A stretch of 64,000 bases of DNA from Candidatus Micrarchaeia archaeon. GTDB lineage: Archaea; Micrarchaeota; Micrarchaeia; Micrarchaeales; CABMGC01. The DNA lies in NCBI GenBank assembly GCA_049964835.1, contig JBMFWW010000001.1, forward strand, positions 84,942-148,941, in the 5' to 3' direction. This document shows, in pieces, positions 47,425-57,472 of the stretch. The number at the start of each line of letters is the position of its first letter. Position 1 is the first letter of the stretch. Below the pieces are notes generated by a model. It was given only the letters and a program-made list of their open reading frames with translations. It had not been told where the DNA came from and searched no databases. A program made the position numbers and the translations under genes.

Positions 47425-47829
47425 ATGAGTGAAGAGATAACATACGGTTCAATGAAGGACGTAAAGACAGGTAGGTATATACTTATTGATGGTATTCCAT
47501 GCAGGGTTGTAGATGTTGAAACATCAGCTCCTGGAAAACACGGCTCAGCAAAGATGAGAGTAACGGGCATAGGTGTTTTTGATGGAAATAAGAGAACATT
47601 GCTTAAGCCAAGTAGCGGAGATATAGAGCTACCTCTAATATCAAAGAAAAAAGCACAGGTAGTTTCCATATCGGGAAATAATGCACAGGTTATGAATTTA
47701 GAAACATATGAAACTTATGATATACCCATACCGGAGGATATGCAAAATGCAGTCAAACCTGGAGCGGAGGTAGAAATAATGGAGTATGGCGAAAAGAGAG
47801 CCATATCAAGAGTAACAGGAAGTGTTTAG
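47425..47829 (+). CDS. eif5a: Translation factor aIF5A
   Basis: Hypusine loop PGKHGSAK. Confidence 0.97.
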   Translation: MSEEITYGSMKDVKTGRYILIDGIPCRVVDVETSAPGKHGSAKMRVTGIGVFDGNKRTLLKPSSGDIELPLISKKKAQVVSISGNNAQVMNLETYETYDIPIPEDMQNAVKPGAEVEIMEYGEKRAISRVTGSV

Positions 47830-48144
47830 ATGGAAAATTTAGAAATAAAACTAAATGATAAAAAAGAGAATAAACTTTTAAAGAGGTATGAGTTAAGCTT
47901 TACAGCTTACTATAAAGGTGAGACGCCAAAAAAGGACACATTAAAAGAAGAGATATGCAAGATGCAAAACTTAAATCCTTCATTTACAACTATAACTAAG
48001 ATAGATCAGCAGTACGGTGTTCAAGAGAGTATAGTATATGTAAATTCTTACCTAAGCGAGGCAGATATGTCAAGATATGAGCGTAAGAAAGAAGCAAAGG
48101 CAGATAAGGTAGCAAAAGCAGCTAATCCTGAAGCAAAAAAATAA
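47830..48144 (+). CDS. rps24e: Ribosomal protein eS24
   Basis: ENKLLKRYE; TPK; YG...S..YV..Y; upstream of eS31. Confidence 0.88.
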   Translation: MENLEIKLNDKKENKLLKRYELSFTAYYKGETPKKDTLKEEICKMQNLNPSFTTITKIDQQYGVQESIVYVNSYLSEADMSRYERKKEAKADKVAKAANPEAKK

Positions 48145-48155
48145 AGGTAGATTGA

Positions 48156-48314
48156 ATGGCAGAAAAAGCTGAAAAACCAACAAAAACAGAAAAGAAAAAA
48201 GTATTTGGATATAAGCCTGGGGAAAAGTTTTGTCCTAAATGTGGCGTAAGAATGGCATCACATCAAAATAGATATGCATGCGGAAGATGTCACTATACAG
48301 AGCTTAAAAAGTGA
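48156..48314 (+). CDS. rps27ae: Ribosomal protein eS31 (S27ae), 52 aa, not in ORF track
   Basis: [25 protein letters not shown]; conserved S24e-S27ae order. Confidence 0.93.
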   Translation: MAEKAEKPTKTEKKKVFGYKPGEKFCPKCGVRMASHQNRYACGRCHYTELKK

Positions 48315-49173
48315 TTTTATAGTTTCTAACTCTAAGTTAAAAAAAGATATAAAAACACGCAAAACAAATAATAAAAAAATTAATAGAACAGCAAGCAAGA
48401 AAGGTTCAAGGGAAGGTCAATTTATTAAATTAGGAACTTATAAAAATCAATCAAGTTCTCCAAAGAACTCTAATTTTGTGGTAATACCTGAAAATACAAC
48501 TCTTAAGAGTAAGGCAATAAATACAATCTTATTCATATGCATAGCATTTGTACTTTTTTTATTTTTTAGTTTTATATTTAGCTTTTTATACCACTTAAAC
48601 ATTATAACAAACGTTGATGTTTTAGGAAGCTTGCCTATCGAACTTACGTTTATATCAGCAGTACTTATTTATTTAATTACTATAAAGGGAATGAAAAAAG
48701 GTTTCGCAAAAGAGTTAGGTTTATCAAGAAGTACCTTAACAATCAAGAATTTGCTTCTAGGGGTTATGATCTTTTTAATACTAATCTTTGTTTTAATATT
48801 TATCTCATTAACTGCAAATTATACAAATACAACAATAACCGGTAATAGCAGTGCAATATTTGCAAGCGGTCCAGCTCCTCCACCTATATGGTTCTACTTT
48901 TTTGTAGCTATAATAGCTCCAATAATAGAGGAGATAACCTTTAGAGGCTTTTTCATAAAGCGTATAGGCATAATACCAAGCGCAATTATTTTTGCTCTTT
49001 TGCATTCTGGTTATTATACTAGCATATCATTTTTGTCATTATTGTCCTTGCTCCTCGCAGCATTTATCTTTGCAGTAGTTGCAGGAATTATATACAAGAA
49101 GACAAACTCAATATATCCATCTATAGTGGCGCATATATTAGAAAATAGTTTAGCTACCATTTCATTTTTGTAA
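48274..49173 (+). CDS. CPBP-family intramembrane metalloprotease (start uncertain; ATA at 48319 plausible)
   Basis: [22 protein letters not shown]. Confidence 0.85.
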   Translation: MHAEDVTIQSLKSDFIVSNSKLKKDIKTRKTNNKKINRTASKKGSREGQFIKLGTYKNQSSSPKNSNFVVIPENTTLKSKAINTILFICIAFVLFLFFSFIFSFLYHLNIITNVDVLGSLPIELTFISAVLIYLITIKGMKKGFAKELGLSRSTLTIKNLLLGVMIFLILIFVLIFISLTANYTNTTITGNSSAIFASGPAPPPIWFYFFVAIIAPIIEEITFRGFFIKRIGIIPSAIIFALLHSGYYTSISFLSLLSLLLAAFIFAVVAGIIYKKTNSIYPSIVAHILENSLATISFL

Positions 49174-49253
49174 GGCTAAAATATCAGATCAAATAGCTAA
49201 GGAAAAATAGCTAAGGAAATAGTCTGAATGCAGTTTCTATTTTTATAATTAAA

Positions 49254-49964
49254 CTATCTTATCTCTTCGTAGTAATCCTTTGATTTCTTGAATAATGCAT
49301 ACTTTACCATATTCCCAAAGTGGAATTTAAAGAATCCTAAAATACCCCAAGTCTTAATTCTTCTTATGCTTGTGAAAACAGTAGCATCATTAACAAATAT
49401 TATTCTACCTAATTTTTTTAATCTTGTAGAAAGATCCCAATCTTCATAAGTTATCAAGTTCTCGTTAAAGCCTTTTATTTTGAAGAACGCATCTCTTCTT
49501 ACTGCAAAGTTTGAACCAACTACACTTGGTTTTCCAAGCGTTAACGCAGCTTTGACAAAAAATATTGAGACAAACTTGAAACCCAACCTTGTTATAACAC
49601 CTGTTTTTTCAAGTGGAAGTATCGGCCCTGTTGCTGCAACAACAGTTTTATCTTCAAAAGCTTTTGCATAAGACTCAATGAGTTTTTTACTTGGCATAGT
49701 ATCTGCATCAATAAAAATAAGTATCTCTCCTTTGGATTTTTTTGCTCCTGTATTTCTTGCACGACCAATACCCTTTCTTTTATCTACAATAACAAAATCA
49801 ACATACGTTTTTGCTATGTTAACCGTTTTATCTATACTGCCTCCATCAACCAATATACTTTCGAAGTTCTTTCTTGTTTGAACTTTCAATCCTTTTATTG
49901 GATTGATTATATATTTTTCTTCGTTTTTTGCAGGTATTATTACACTAATTTTTTTATTAACCAT
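49254..49964 (-). CDS. Glycosyltransferase family 2
   Basis: ISVIIPAKNEE; VDGGSID; ARNTGA; FIDAD; YEDWD. Confidence 0.92.
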   Translation of the reverse strand: MVNKKISVIIPAKNEEKYIINPIKGLKVQTRKNFESILVDGGSIDKTVNIAKTYVDFVIVDKRKGIGRARNTGAKKSKGEILIFIDADTMPSKKLIESYAKAFEDKTVVAATGPILPLEKTGVITRLGFKFVSIFFVKAALTLGKPSVVGSNFAVRRDAFFKIKGFNENLITYEDWDLSTRLKKLGRIIFVNDATVFTSIRRIKTWGILGFFKFHFGNMVKYALFKKSKDYYEEIR

Positions 49965-49966
49965 AA

Positions 49967-50605
49967 TTATTCACTATGTAACGATTCAACTACCTCTGCA
50001 ACTCCTCTTACTACAATATAAAGTAATAAAATTCCAGTTAAGATATAACCAAAAAATATAGGAAAGTCTGAAACGTAAACAAATGTTAAATAAGAAAAGG
50101 TAAGGAATTTAACTACATTTACTCCACCTCTTCCTATGCTTGATGAGTATACAATTCTACCGAGTTTTGTCTTCATCTTGTTTGAGGTGCCCTTAGCTCC
50201 CATTATTGCATCTACAAATGAGTGCCTGAATATAACTATTAATATTACAAAAAATGGTAGCACATTCAAATATATAAAAACTGACCAAAGCGCATACTCA
50301 ATTGCACGATCTCCAGCAACATCCATTCTAGGTCCGTGCTTATGTTTTTTTGATATGCTTTCTTTAATCTCCTTTATTTTTTTCTTATTCTGAGAACTCT
50401 TTTTGAATGAGTTTATGTATGAAATAAAGCTTACTGTGTTTTTGCTTTCCTCTCTTATTGCAAGATAGCCGTCTACTCCATCAAGTATAAATGCTATTAA
50501 AAGCAAAAATATTATTAAAAGAGGATTAATTTTAAGTATTATTAAATAAACAGAAATAAAGACAAGCAAAACCCTAAAAACAGTAGCAAAATCAGCACTT
50601 CTCAT
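49967..50605 (-). CDS. CDP-alcohol phosphatidyltransferase family
   Basis: DGVDGYLA ... GPRMDVAGDR signature, split by a basic insertion. Confidence 0.8.
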   Translation of the reverse strand: MRSADFATVFRVLLVFISVYLIILKINPLLIIFLLLIAFILDGVDGYLAIREESKNTVSFISYINSFKKSSQNKKKIKEIKESISKKHKHGPRMDVAGDRAIEYALWSVFIYLNVLPFFVILIVIFRHSFVDAIMGAKGTSNKMKTKLGRIVYSSSIGRGGVNVVKFLTFSYLTFVYVSDFPIFFGYILTGILLLYIVVRGVAEVVESLHSE

Positions 50606-50688
50606 TATTACATCCTAATAAAATATACATTACTATTTAACTCAAAAGGTTTATTAAGATTAATTTATATATTTCTAAAGAACTTAGT

Positions 50689-53600
50689 GTGGTCATAATG
50701 TTTGATTTTACAAAAAATGAGGAAAAGATTTTACTTTACTGGAAGGAAAAGGATATACCAAACAAAATACGATTGCATAATAAAGATAAAAAACCTTTTT
50801 ACTTTCTTGATGGGCCTCCATATGCAAGTGGTAATCTACATCCTGGTCAGATATGGGTCAAATCAATAAAGGACGTATACGTAAGATTTAATAGGCTAAG
50901 AGGCTTTAATGTTCATGATAGAGCCGGATATGATGTTCATGGGCTTCCTATAGAAAATAAGGTTGAAAAAACATTAGGTATAACATCAAAGAAAGATATA
51001 GAGATTAAGGTTGGGGTTGAAAATTTCATTAAGTACTGCAAAGAGTATGCCGATTCGTTAATACCAAAAATGACAAATGACTTTTTAAGATTTGGCAGTT
51101 CCCTCGATTTTGATAATCCATATCTTGCATACAAGAACGAGTTTATAGAAAATGCGTGGGATGTTCTTAAAAAAGCAGATGAAAAGGGTTATCTATACTC
51201 AGGAGTTAAACCTATGCTTTACTGCATACACTGCGGTACCGTTCTTGCTCAAGGTACACTTGAAATAGAGTACTCTGATGAAACTGACAATTCCATATTT
51301 GTAGGATTCAAAGTAAATAAAGAGTTATCAAAGCCAAAGATAGAGATTTCAGAAAATACATACTTGTTAATATGGACCACTACTCCATGGACACTGCCCT
51401 CAAATGTTGCGGTAGCAGCAAATCCTAAAGAGTTATATGTTAAAGTAAAAGCAGGAGATAAATCATTAATATTCATAAAATCAAGATTCGATGCAGTATC
51501 TGATTTAATTGATGAAAATTTAATAATAGAAGCAGAGTTTTACGGAAGCGAGTTGAATGGCATATTCTATATAAATCCGCTTGAGGTTCAAATAAAAAAA
51601 CAAGAAGAGTTAAGACCTATGCATAAGATTTTGCTTTCTGAAGAGCTTGTTTCGTCTACCGAAGGAAGCGGTCTTGTGCACATAGCTCCGGGCCACGGAT
51701 CAGAGGATTACCAGCTAGGTTTGAAGAATGCATTACCAATATTCTCGCTAGTTAACTTAAATGGAGTATATACTGAAGAGGCTGGCACTTACGCAGGCTT
51801 AAAGGTTCCCGAAGAAGCAAACATAAAGATAATCGAAGTACTAAAAAGCAAAGGCTTGCTATTTGGTTCATTAAAAATAAGACATAGCTATCCTCACTGC
51901 TGGAGATGTAAGGAAAAGCTTCTCTTTCTAGTTACAAAGCAGTGGTTTTTCAATATACAGAAGATTAAAAGCAAGCTTATTAGCGAGTCTAGGAAGGTCA
52001 AATGGCATCCACAAGAAGCTAGCTCTTGGATGGAGGATATACTGTCTAATTCACCTGATTGGAGCATAGCAAGGCAAAGGTATTGGGGCATTCCGATACC
52101 TATATGGCAGTGCAATAGCTGTAATAGTTATACAATTATTGGTTCTAAAGCTGAACTTGAGTCGCTAGCTGTTAATGGGGATGTGGTAGCGTCAATGCAA
52201 AATCTACATAAACCATTCATAGATGAGATACTTATAAAATGCAGCAAGTGTAAAGCCAATATGTCAAGGGTACCTGACGTCTTTGATGTCTGGTATGACT
52301 CTGGTATAGCTTTCAAAGCAAGTCTATCCGAAGAAGAGTTTTCACGTTTATATCCTGCCGAATTTATTCTTGAAGGAAAGGATCAGCTTAGAGGATGGTT
52401 TTCCACATTATTAAAAATAAGCGTAATTTTATATGGAAAAGCACCATTTAAAAATGTAATAATAGACGGAATGCTTCTTTCAGAAGATGGAAGAGAGATG
52501 CACAAAAGCCTTGGAAATTATATATCCTTAGAAGAGCTGCTAAAGTTCTCAAGTGCTGATGGTTATAGATTATGGTGTTCTAGCCATACACAATGGCTTG
52601 ACCTTCAATTCAAAAAGGAGGAGATACGCGAGTCAGAAAAAAAGATAAGCACTATGTACAATATGTTCAATTTGTTAAATGAGTACTCATTGATGTTAAA
52701 TTACATGCCCAAAAAGATAAAGAGGCCTTCACTAAAAAGTATTGACAAAAAGGAAGATTTATGGATATTATCCAGACTTAACTCTACAATCAAAAATGTT
52801 ACCAACTCTTTAGAAAATTATGACATACAGGTCGCTAACTCTGAGTTATCTAACTTTTTATTAAATGACTTAAGCAGATTCTATATAAAACTTGTAAAGA
52901 AAAAAATACTTTATTCAGACAAAAAAACTTCAAAGAGCTATGTCGACTTGCTTAATTACATACTCTATCAGCTTAATTTAATAATATCTCCATTTATTCC
53001 ATTTTCATCAGAGTATCTTTATCTAAATAATCAAGCTGCACTTTCAGATAATAAGGAAAGTATATTCTTAAATACATGGCCATTGGCTTCTAAAAATTAT
53101 ATAAACTTAGATCTTGAAAAGGAGTTTGATATTGTTCTTGATGTTGTATCTGGAATACTGAGTAGCAGAGAGCATTCTGGAGTAAAACTAAGGTGGCCAT
53201 TATCTAAAGCTACAGTTGAGACCTTATCTGATGAGGTATCAAAAATCGTAAGCGTTTACTCAGAAATAATCTCAGATTATACAAATATTAAAGATATAAT
53301 TGTAAAGAAAAAAGAGTCAATAAGTCTAGAAATTAAACCTAATTTTTCAAAGATAGGCCCTGAATTCAAAGATAAAAGCTCTGCAGTTTCAGAAGCCCTC
53401 AAAACCGCAGATCCCAAACTATTAAATGATGCAATAAATACTGGTGGCTACTACATATTACATACATCTAAAGGTCCGGTAAATATAACTAAAGATCATT
53501 TTATAACAATAGAAAATATAAAAAATGAAAACGGTGTTGAGTTCAAATACGGTTTCATATATGTAGATACTCAAATAGATGCAAAGTTAAGAGAAGAGGC

Positions 53601-53850
53601 TCTTGTAAGAGAGTTTCAAAGAAGGGTTCAAATGCTTAGAAAGGAGCTTTTATTGAAAAAACCTGATAAAATAGAGCTCTATTACAACGCATCTTCCGAA
53701 TTTGAAAAAATAATAAACAACTCATATAAAGAAATATCAGAGTATATAAACGCTAAAAAGATACTTTCTAAATTATCAAATGAGGATATTCTTAAAAAAG
53801 AGTTTGAAATAGAAGATGAAAAGCTAACCCTTCAAATCAAGAAGGTGTAA
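50689..53850 (+). CDS. ileS: Isoleucine--tRNA ligase
   Basis: DGPPYASG..HPGQ; GYDVHGLPIE; WTTTPWTLP; ARQRYWG; EGKDQLRGWF; EMHKS. Confidence 0.97.
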   Translation: MVIMFDFTKNEEKILLYWKEKDIPNKIRLHNKDKKPFYFLDGPPYASGNLHPGQIWVKSIKDVYVRFNRLRGFNVHDRAGYDVHGLPIENKVEKTLGITSKKDIEIKVGVENFIKYCKEYADSLIPKMTNDFLRFGSSLDFDNPYLAYKNEFIENAWDVLKKADEKGYLYSGVKPMLYCIHCGTVLAQGTLEIEYSDETDNSIFVGFKVNKELSKPKIEISENTYLLIWTTTPWTLPSNVAVAANPKELYVKVKAGDKSLIFIKSRFDAVSDLIDENLIIEAEFYGSELNGIFYINPLEVQIKKQEELRPMHKILLSEELVSSTEGSGLVHIAPGHGSEDYQLGLKNALPIFSLVNLNGVYTEEAGTYAGLKVPEEANIKIIEVLKSKGLLFGSLKIRHSYPHCWRCKEKLLFLVTKQWFFNIQKIKSKLISESRKVKWHPQEASSWMEDILSNSPDWSIARQRYWGIPIPIWQCNSCNSYTIIGSKAELESLAVNGDVVASMQNLHKPFIDEILIKCSKCKANMSRVPDVFDVWYDSGIAFKASLSEEEFSRLYPAEFILEGKDQLRGWFSTLLKISVILYGKAPFKNVIIDGMLLSEDGREMHKSLGNYISLEELLKFSSADGYRLWCSSHTQWLDLQFKKEEIRESEKKISTMYNMFNLLNEYSLMLNYMPKKIKRPSLKSIDKKEDLWILSRLNSTIKNVTNSLENYDIQVANSELSNFLLNDLSRFYIKLVKKKILYSDKKTSKSYVDLLNYILYQLNLIISPFIPFSSEYLYLNNQAALSDNKESIFLNTWPLASKNYINLDLEKEFDIVLDVVSGILSSREHSGVKLRWPLSKATVETLSDEVSKIVSVYSEIISDYTNIKDIIVKKKESISLEIKPNFSKIGPEFKDKSSAVSEALKTADPKLLNDAINTGGYYILHTSKGPVNITKDHFITIENIKNENGVEFKYGFIYVDTQIDAKLREEALVREFQRRVQMLRKELLLKKPDKIELYYNASSEFEKIINNSYKEISEYINAKKILSKLSNEDILKKEFEIEDEKLTLQIKKV

Positions 53851-53896
53851 TAAATAGTAACTAAAAGTAAAGCAACAAAAATACATACCTTATTAT

Positions 53897-54901
53897 TTAT
53901 CTTCTCCTGCTTTTTACTGTTGTACTATTTTTATGATGATGCATCTTATGTCTAAAAATAACAAAGAATAAAACTACAATAATAACCGCAAATACTCCTA
54001 CGTAAACCATTGCAGCATAATCTGGATTAAAATAAAGTATAGTGTTGTACTCTCCTTGATTTCCATTGCTATTGTTATTCGAATTAACAGCCGTAGAATT
54101 TTCCTTATTTATAGGGAAAAGTGTAAATGAGCCGGCCACACCGCTTATTGTTTTTGTTTCTAAAGGCACTATCTGAGCCGGATTATAAAAAAATTCTCCA
54201 TCAACACTTCCATTTTGTGCATCAATGTATATCCCCTTGTATAATTTAGTATAATAACTTGATGTGTTTATAATTGTTGGATAATAAGGTGTACTATTTA
54301 CAACCTTCCAAACAAGATAATACGTAAGATTTCTTTCACTAGCATTGTAATTAGTGTTGTTATTTTTATTTGAATAAACACCAAAGATTCCATTTATCGT
54401 TCCATTAAATCCATACTCACTTGCTATTTTTTGGGCCTCACTTTGCGTTATATCTATAAAGTAAGGTTTAACTGGGCCTACATAAGAGATTACACTATTA
54501 TTCTTGCCAAAAATTACCTCAATATTTAGCAATCTTAAAAGTTGAATCGGCTCTGTACTTCCGCTATAAATAGGTTTTATTACAGAACCATTTATGAAAG
54601 GCACATTATAATTGAAAAGTATACTCGTATTTCCGTTGTATATGAAGTACTCGGAGTAGTTGATATATTTACTGTAATAGGACTCTCCAAAAAGCGTTTT
54701 TAAATAATTCTCCGATGCGTTAATATCTAATTTTGTTATATTTACATTAACCGTTTTATTTCCAGAGCTTGTATTTGTTATATTAATCTGATGTAAATAA
54801 CCTTCTGAAGGTGCGTAAAACTGTCCGCTATGCGAAAATGGCAGTACAGAAAGCACCAATGCCACTATAGCAAAAGAATAAAATAATGAGTATTTTTTCA
54901 T
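53897..54901 (-). CDS. Secreted/surface protein with a C-terminal TM anchor
   Basis: Signal peptide, many NxS/T sequons, C-terminal TM plus basic tail. Confidence 0.75.
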   Translation of the reverse strand: MKKYSLFYSFAIVALVLSVLPFSHSGQFYAPSEGYLHQINITNTSSGNKTVNVNITKLDINASENYLKTLFGESYYSKYINYSEYFIYNGNTSILFNYNVPFINGSVIKPIYSGSTEPIQLLRLLNIEVIFGKNNSVISYVGPVKPYFIDITQSEAQKIASEYGFNGTINGIFGVYSNKNNNTNYNASERNLTYYLVWKVVNSTPYYPTIINTSSYYTKLYKGIYIDAQNGSVDGEFFYNPAQIVPLETKTISGVAGSFTLFPINKENSTAVNSNNNSNGNQGEYNTILYFNPDYAAMVYVGVFAVIIVVLFFVIFRHKMHHHKNSTTVKSRRR

Positions 54902-55067
54902 AGTAAATTTTATCCATTTAAGATATATAAATTTATGTATTGTTTTTTCTTTCCAAAGCTATATCTGTTAGCAATAAAAAATAAAAAAACGTTTAAATAT
55001 TAAAAAATCACAACATATTGTTTAAGATTTAAATATTAAATTGAAATTAAGTTAAATAGGTATTTAA

Positions 55068-55527
55068 ATGAAAGAATATGCACCAGAACAATTGCTTAAA
55101 GAGTCAAAATAAAGAAGTTGTTACATCCTGAAGTTGCAAGTAAATTTGGTTTACATTGGGTAGCTAAATCAAAAAACTACACTTGAACCTATAACGGAGA
55201 TTTATAACTATCTAAGAAGTTTGGGTCTATCAAATCATAAAATTGCAAAAAATTCAACGCTTTTAGCATAGAAAAATTAGAAAATAATTTTAAATTCCTA
55301 ACCGAAGAGATGCGACTTACTATTGAGAAGATCGCACAGCAAGCGTCTCTTCTAGGCAGAAATCCAGAAACTTTAAGAAAAAAGTATAGTGAATTAATAA
55401 AATATAAAGTAACTAATGAAAAATAACTGGTGATCCTCCACTTCTGGGTTTAAGAAGAGATATTGCACTTAAAAGATCAAAAAGAGGTCCAACAAACATA
55501 AATATGATAATTTCAAAGTCAAAGTGA
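55068..55527 (+). pseudogene. Degraded gene with mTERF-like ~31-aa helical repeats
   Basis: Across frameshifts: YNYLRSLGLSNHKIAKNSTLL / FKFLTEEMRLTIEKIAQQASLLGRNPETLR / YSELIKYKVTNEKITGDPPLLGL. Confidence 0.6.
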
Positions 55528-55656
55528 ATAATTCCCATTAATGCATTAATTTTTTAATTTAATATTTTAACAACGTGAGCGGGAAATCCCACACTCTTTA
55601 GAGGTGGGATGAAAGCGAACCGCAAAGTATATAAATATATAATACTAAATAATACT

Positions 55657-55773
55657 ATGCGATTGATAAGAAAGGTATGGAAGAAAGGAGCCACGAACCA
55701 ACTTATGGTAACAATACCAAACGATGCAGGGATAAAAGAAGGGGATTATGTCGAGATAAAAAAGGTAAAATGA
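55657..55773 (+). CDS. 38-aa AbrB/MazE-like microprotein (not in ORF track)
   Basis: MRLIRKVWKKGATNQLMVTIPNDAGIKEGDYVEIKKVK; TATA-like TATATAAA at 55628; ATGA overlap with the tnpB start. Confidence 0.75.
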   Translation: MRLIRKVWKKGATNQLMVTIPNDAGIKEGDYVEIKKVK

Positions 55774-56060
55774 TGGAAGTAACAAGAGCCTACAAATACA
55801 GAATCTATCCCGATGCCAAAAGGCAGAGAGAGATAGACGAAAGGCTGTGGCTTGAAGACAGAGTATATCACTGCAACGTCTGTGGACTGACAATAGATAG
55901 GGACATAAACGCGTCAATAAACATATTGCATAGAGCAACTACCCTCGGGCAGAGGGGAAGTTACGCTCAGGGAGAGAGTGTAAGACCTCAACAGGAGGCT
56001 GTTCTCAAGGAACTGAGAACCGATAAAATACATCCTTTGCAGGATGCAGTGGTTGCATGA
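55770..56060 (+). pseudogene. tnpB: TnpB with a large in-frame internal deletion (96 aa)
   Basis: RAYKYRIYP N-terminus joined to LEDRVYHCNVCGLTIDRDINASINI (half Zn ribbon and RuvC-III). Confidence 0.9.
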
Positions 56061-56171
56061 ATGTAAAGGAAGCCCACGCCGTTTACGGGTGGGAGGATGT
56101 CACTTTACAGATGTTTACTATCTGAGATGGATTTAAATGGTGAGGTAACATCATTAGTCATTTGAGGTGTT

Positions 56172-56392
56172 TTTTGGAGTGTAGGTTATAGTAGTAGTAA
56201 TATTGGGCCTCAAACCGAAGAAATAGTAAGAAATTATATTAAATATTTGGACATTGGAATAAATGAAATTGACATTACTCTTTTATTTAAAAAGGATACT
56301 TAAAACTTGGCTTTGTTGATTTAGTCAGAGTTTATCAACAAAATTGGACTTTTCAACAAAGCCTTAAAATTTTAGCTTTAGAAGAAGGCCAT
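56172..56392 (+). mobile_element. IS200-type TnpA C-terminal remnant plus decayed right end (copy B)
   Basis: FWSVGY...GPQTEEIVRNYIK...NEIDITLLFKKDT; homologous to 10156-10319. Confidence 0.65.
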
Positions 56393-56432
56393 TGATAATG
56401 GTGTAAATTTTTACATTTTTGCGTAAAATAGC

Positions 56433-56894
56433 TCAGCTTTCTCGAAGTATTTTATTTATATCAGATCCTTTATCGTATTTAAGTGCAACAATTCCAAAGA
56501 TTATAAGATAAAGCCATGCAAAAAGTGATATTCCTCTTCCATAACTGTACTGTAAGAATTGAATGTGACCAATTAAAAGCTGGGTTGTTATTCCGGGCAT
56601 TATTATAAATGCGGATGAAAAAAATATTACTAAATTAAGTATGCTGTAAAATACAGCAGCTCCATACCACATTCTTAATCCTAATAAATATATGACACTT
56701 ATTATTAAATAGAATGCAACTTCTGTTTCAAGCCAAAACGTAATAGTATTTGTTGTTCCAGGACTGGCAAATAGATGACTGGCCACATTGAGCAAAGCAA
56801 AAAAAGCTAGCGAAAATCTTAACCAATGAATTTTATTGTGATCTATTCCATGCCAAAAACTATTTTTATTCATTGTCTTCATAAAATGTGACAC
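56433..56894 (-). CDS. Small integral membrane protein, unknown function
   Basis: About 4 hydrophobic helices. Confidence 0.7.
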   Translation of the reverse strand: MSHFMKTMNKNSFWHGIDHNKIHWLRFSLAFFALLNVASHLFASPGTTNTITFWLETEVAFYLIISVIYLLGLRMWYGAAVFYSILNLVIFFSSAFIIMPGITTQLLIGHIQFLQYSYGRGISLFAWLYLIIFGIVALKYDKGSDINKILRES

Positions 56895-57232
56895 CTATGA
56901 GAACTAGTCTGTAAAACTGATTTCCAATTAAGAAAATCAACCTTTACAAACATCCATTTATTAATATATTATTCTTATCACTATTTTATATATCTTTTCA
57001 TTACAATTTATTTGTAGTAAATTGGCAAATTAAATATCTTTGTGTTTATAGTATTTTGTGGAGTTCCTCTTCTCTTTTTGTCGTCGTAAGACGATTTACC
57101 GTTAGACTCTTGAGCAACAGATACAACGAATGTATCGGTCACCTGCCAGGAGAACGAAAACATGGAAATATATTATTCAAAGAATAAAATACTAGAAGTT
57201 TGGGCAGCAGCCCTGGTCATAGTCCAGAAATA

Positions 57233-57413
57233 TGGGCAATAGAAAGGAGTTTTTCAAGATTAAAAGGAGTTTTTGGTCTTTCAAAAATAAATTTGTTGGA
57301 ATAAATAAGATCGCAATTCATGTATATTCTTGCCTTATTGCATACCTCATGAAATACGTGATGTAATGTGTTTGTATTTGACGAGGTGAGTGAATGAAAA
57401 TGTCAAGTTCCTA
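57233..57413 (+). mobile_element. IS5-like transposase 3' end and terminus (copy B, inverted relative to copy A)
   Basis: Near-identical reverse complement of 9794-9973; WAIERSFSRLK. Confidence 0.85.
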
Positions 57414-57472
57414 ATTCAAGGCATACAAAAAGTATTTTATAATTATAAGTTAAATATATTTTAAGTGATTAT

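Larger units (their letters stand above)
55571..56103 (+). mobile_element. Non-autonomous mini IS200/IS605 (IS1341-like) element
   Basis: Preceded by TTTAA; left-end hairpin ATCCCAC-ACTCTTTAGAG-GTGGGAT; abrB-like ORF and tnpB remnant; right-end hairpin CCCACGCCG-TTTA-CGGGTGGG then AGGATGTCAC. Confidence 0.85.

Noticed and set aside
49191..49218. 14-bp direct duplication AAATAGCTAAGGAA x2
   Set aside because: Only two copies between convergent genes; likely replication slippage
55677..55769. N-terminal 31 aa of the tracked 127-aa ORF
   Set aside because: This is an alternative frame of the AbrB-like ORF; TnpB homology begins at ATG 55770
57008..57163. 51-aa minus-strand ORF faintly like a PIN-domain C-terminus (TDTFVVSVAQE...DDKK), overlapping small hairpins
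   Set aside because: Too short and weak to call; probably debris in the IS graveyard
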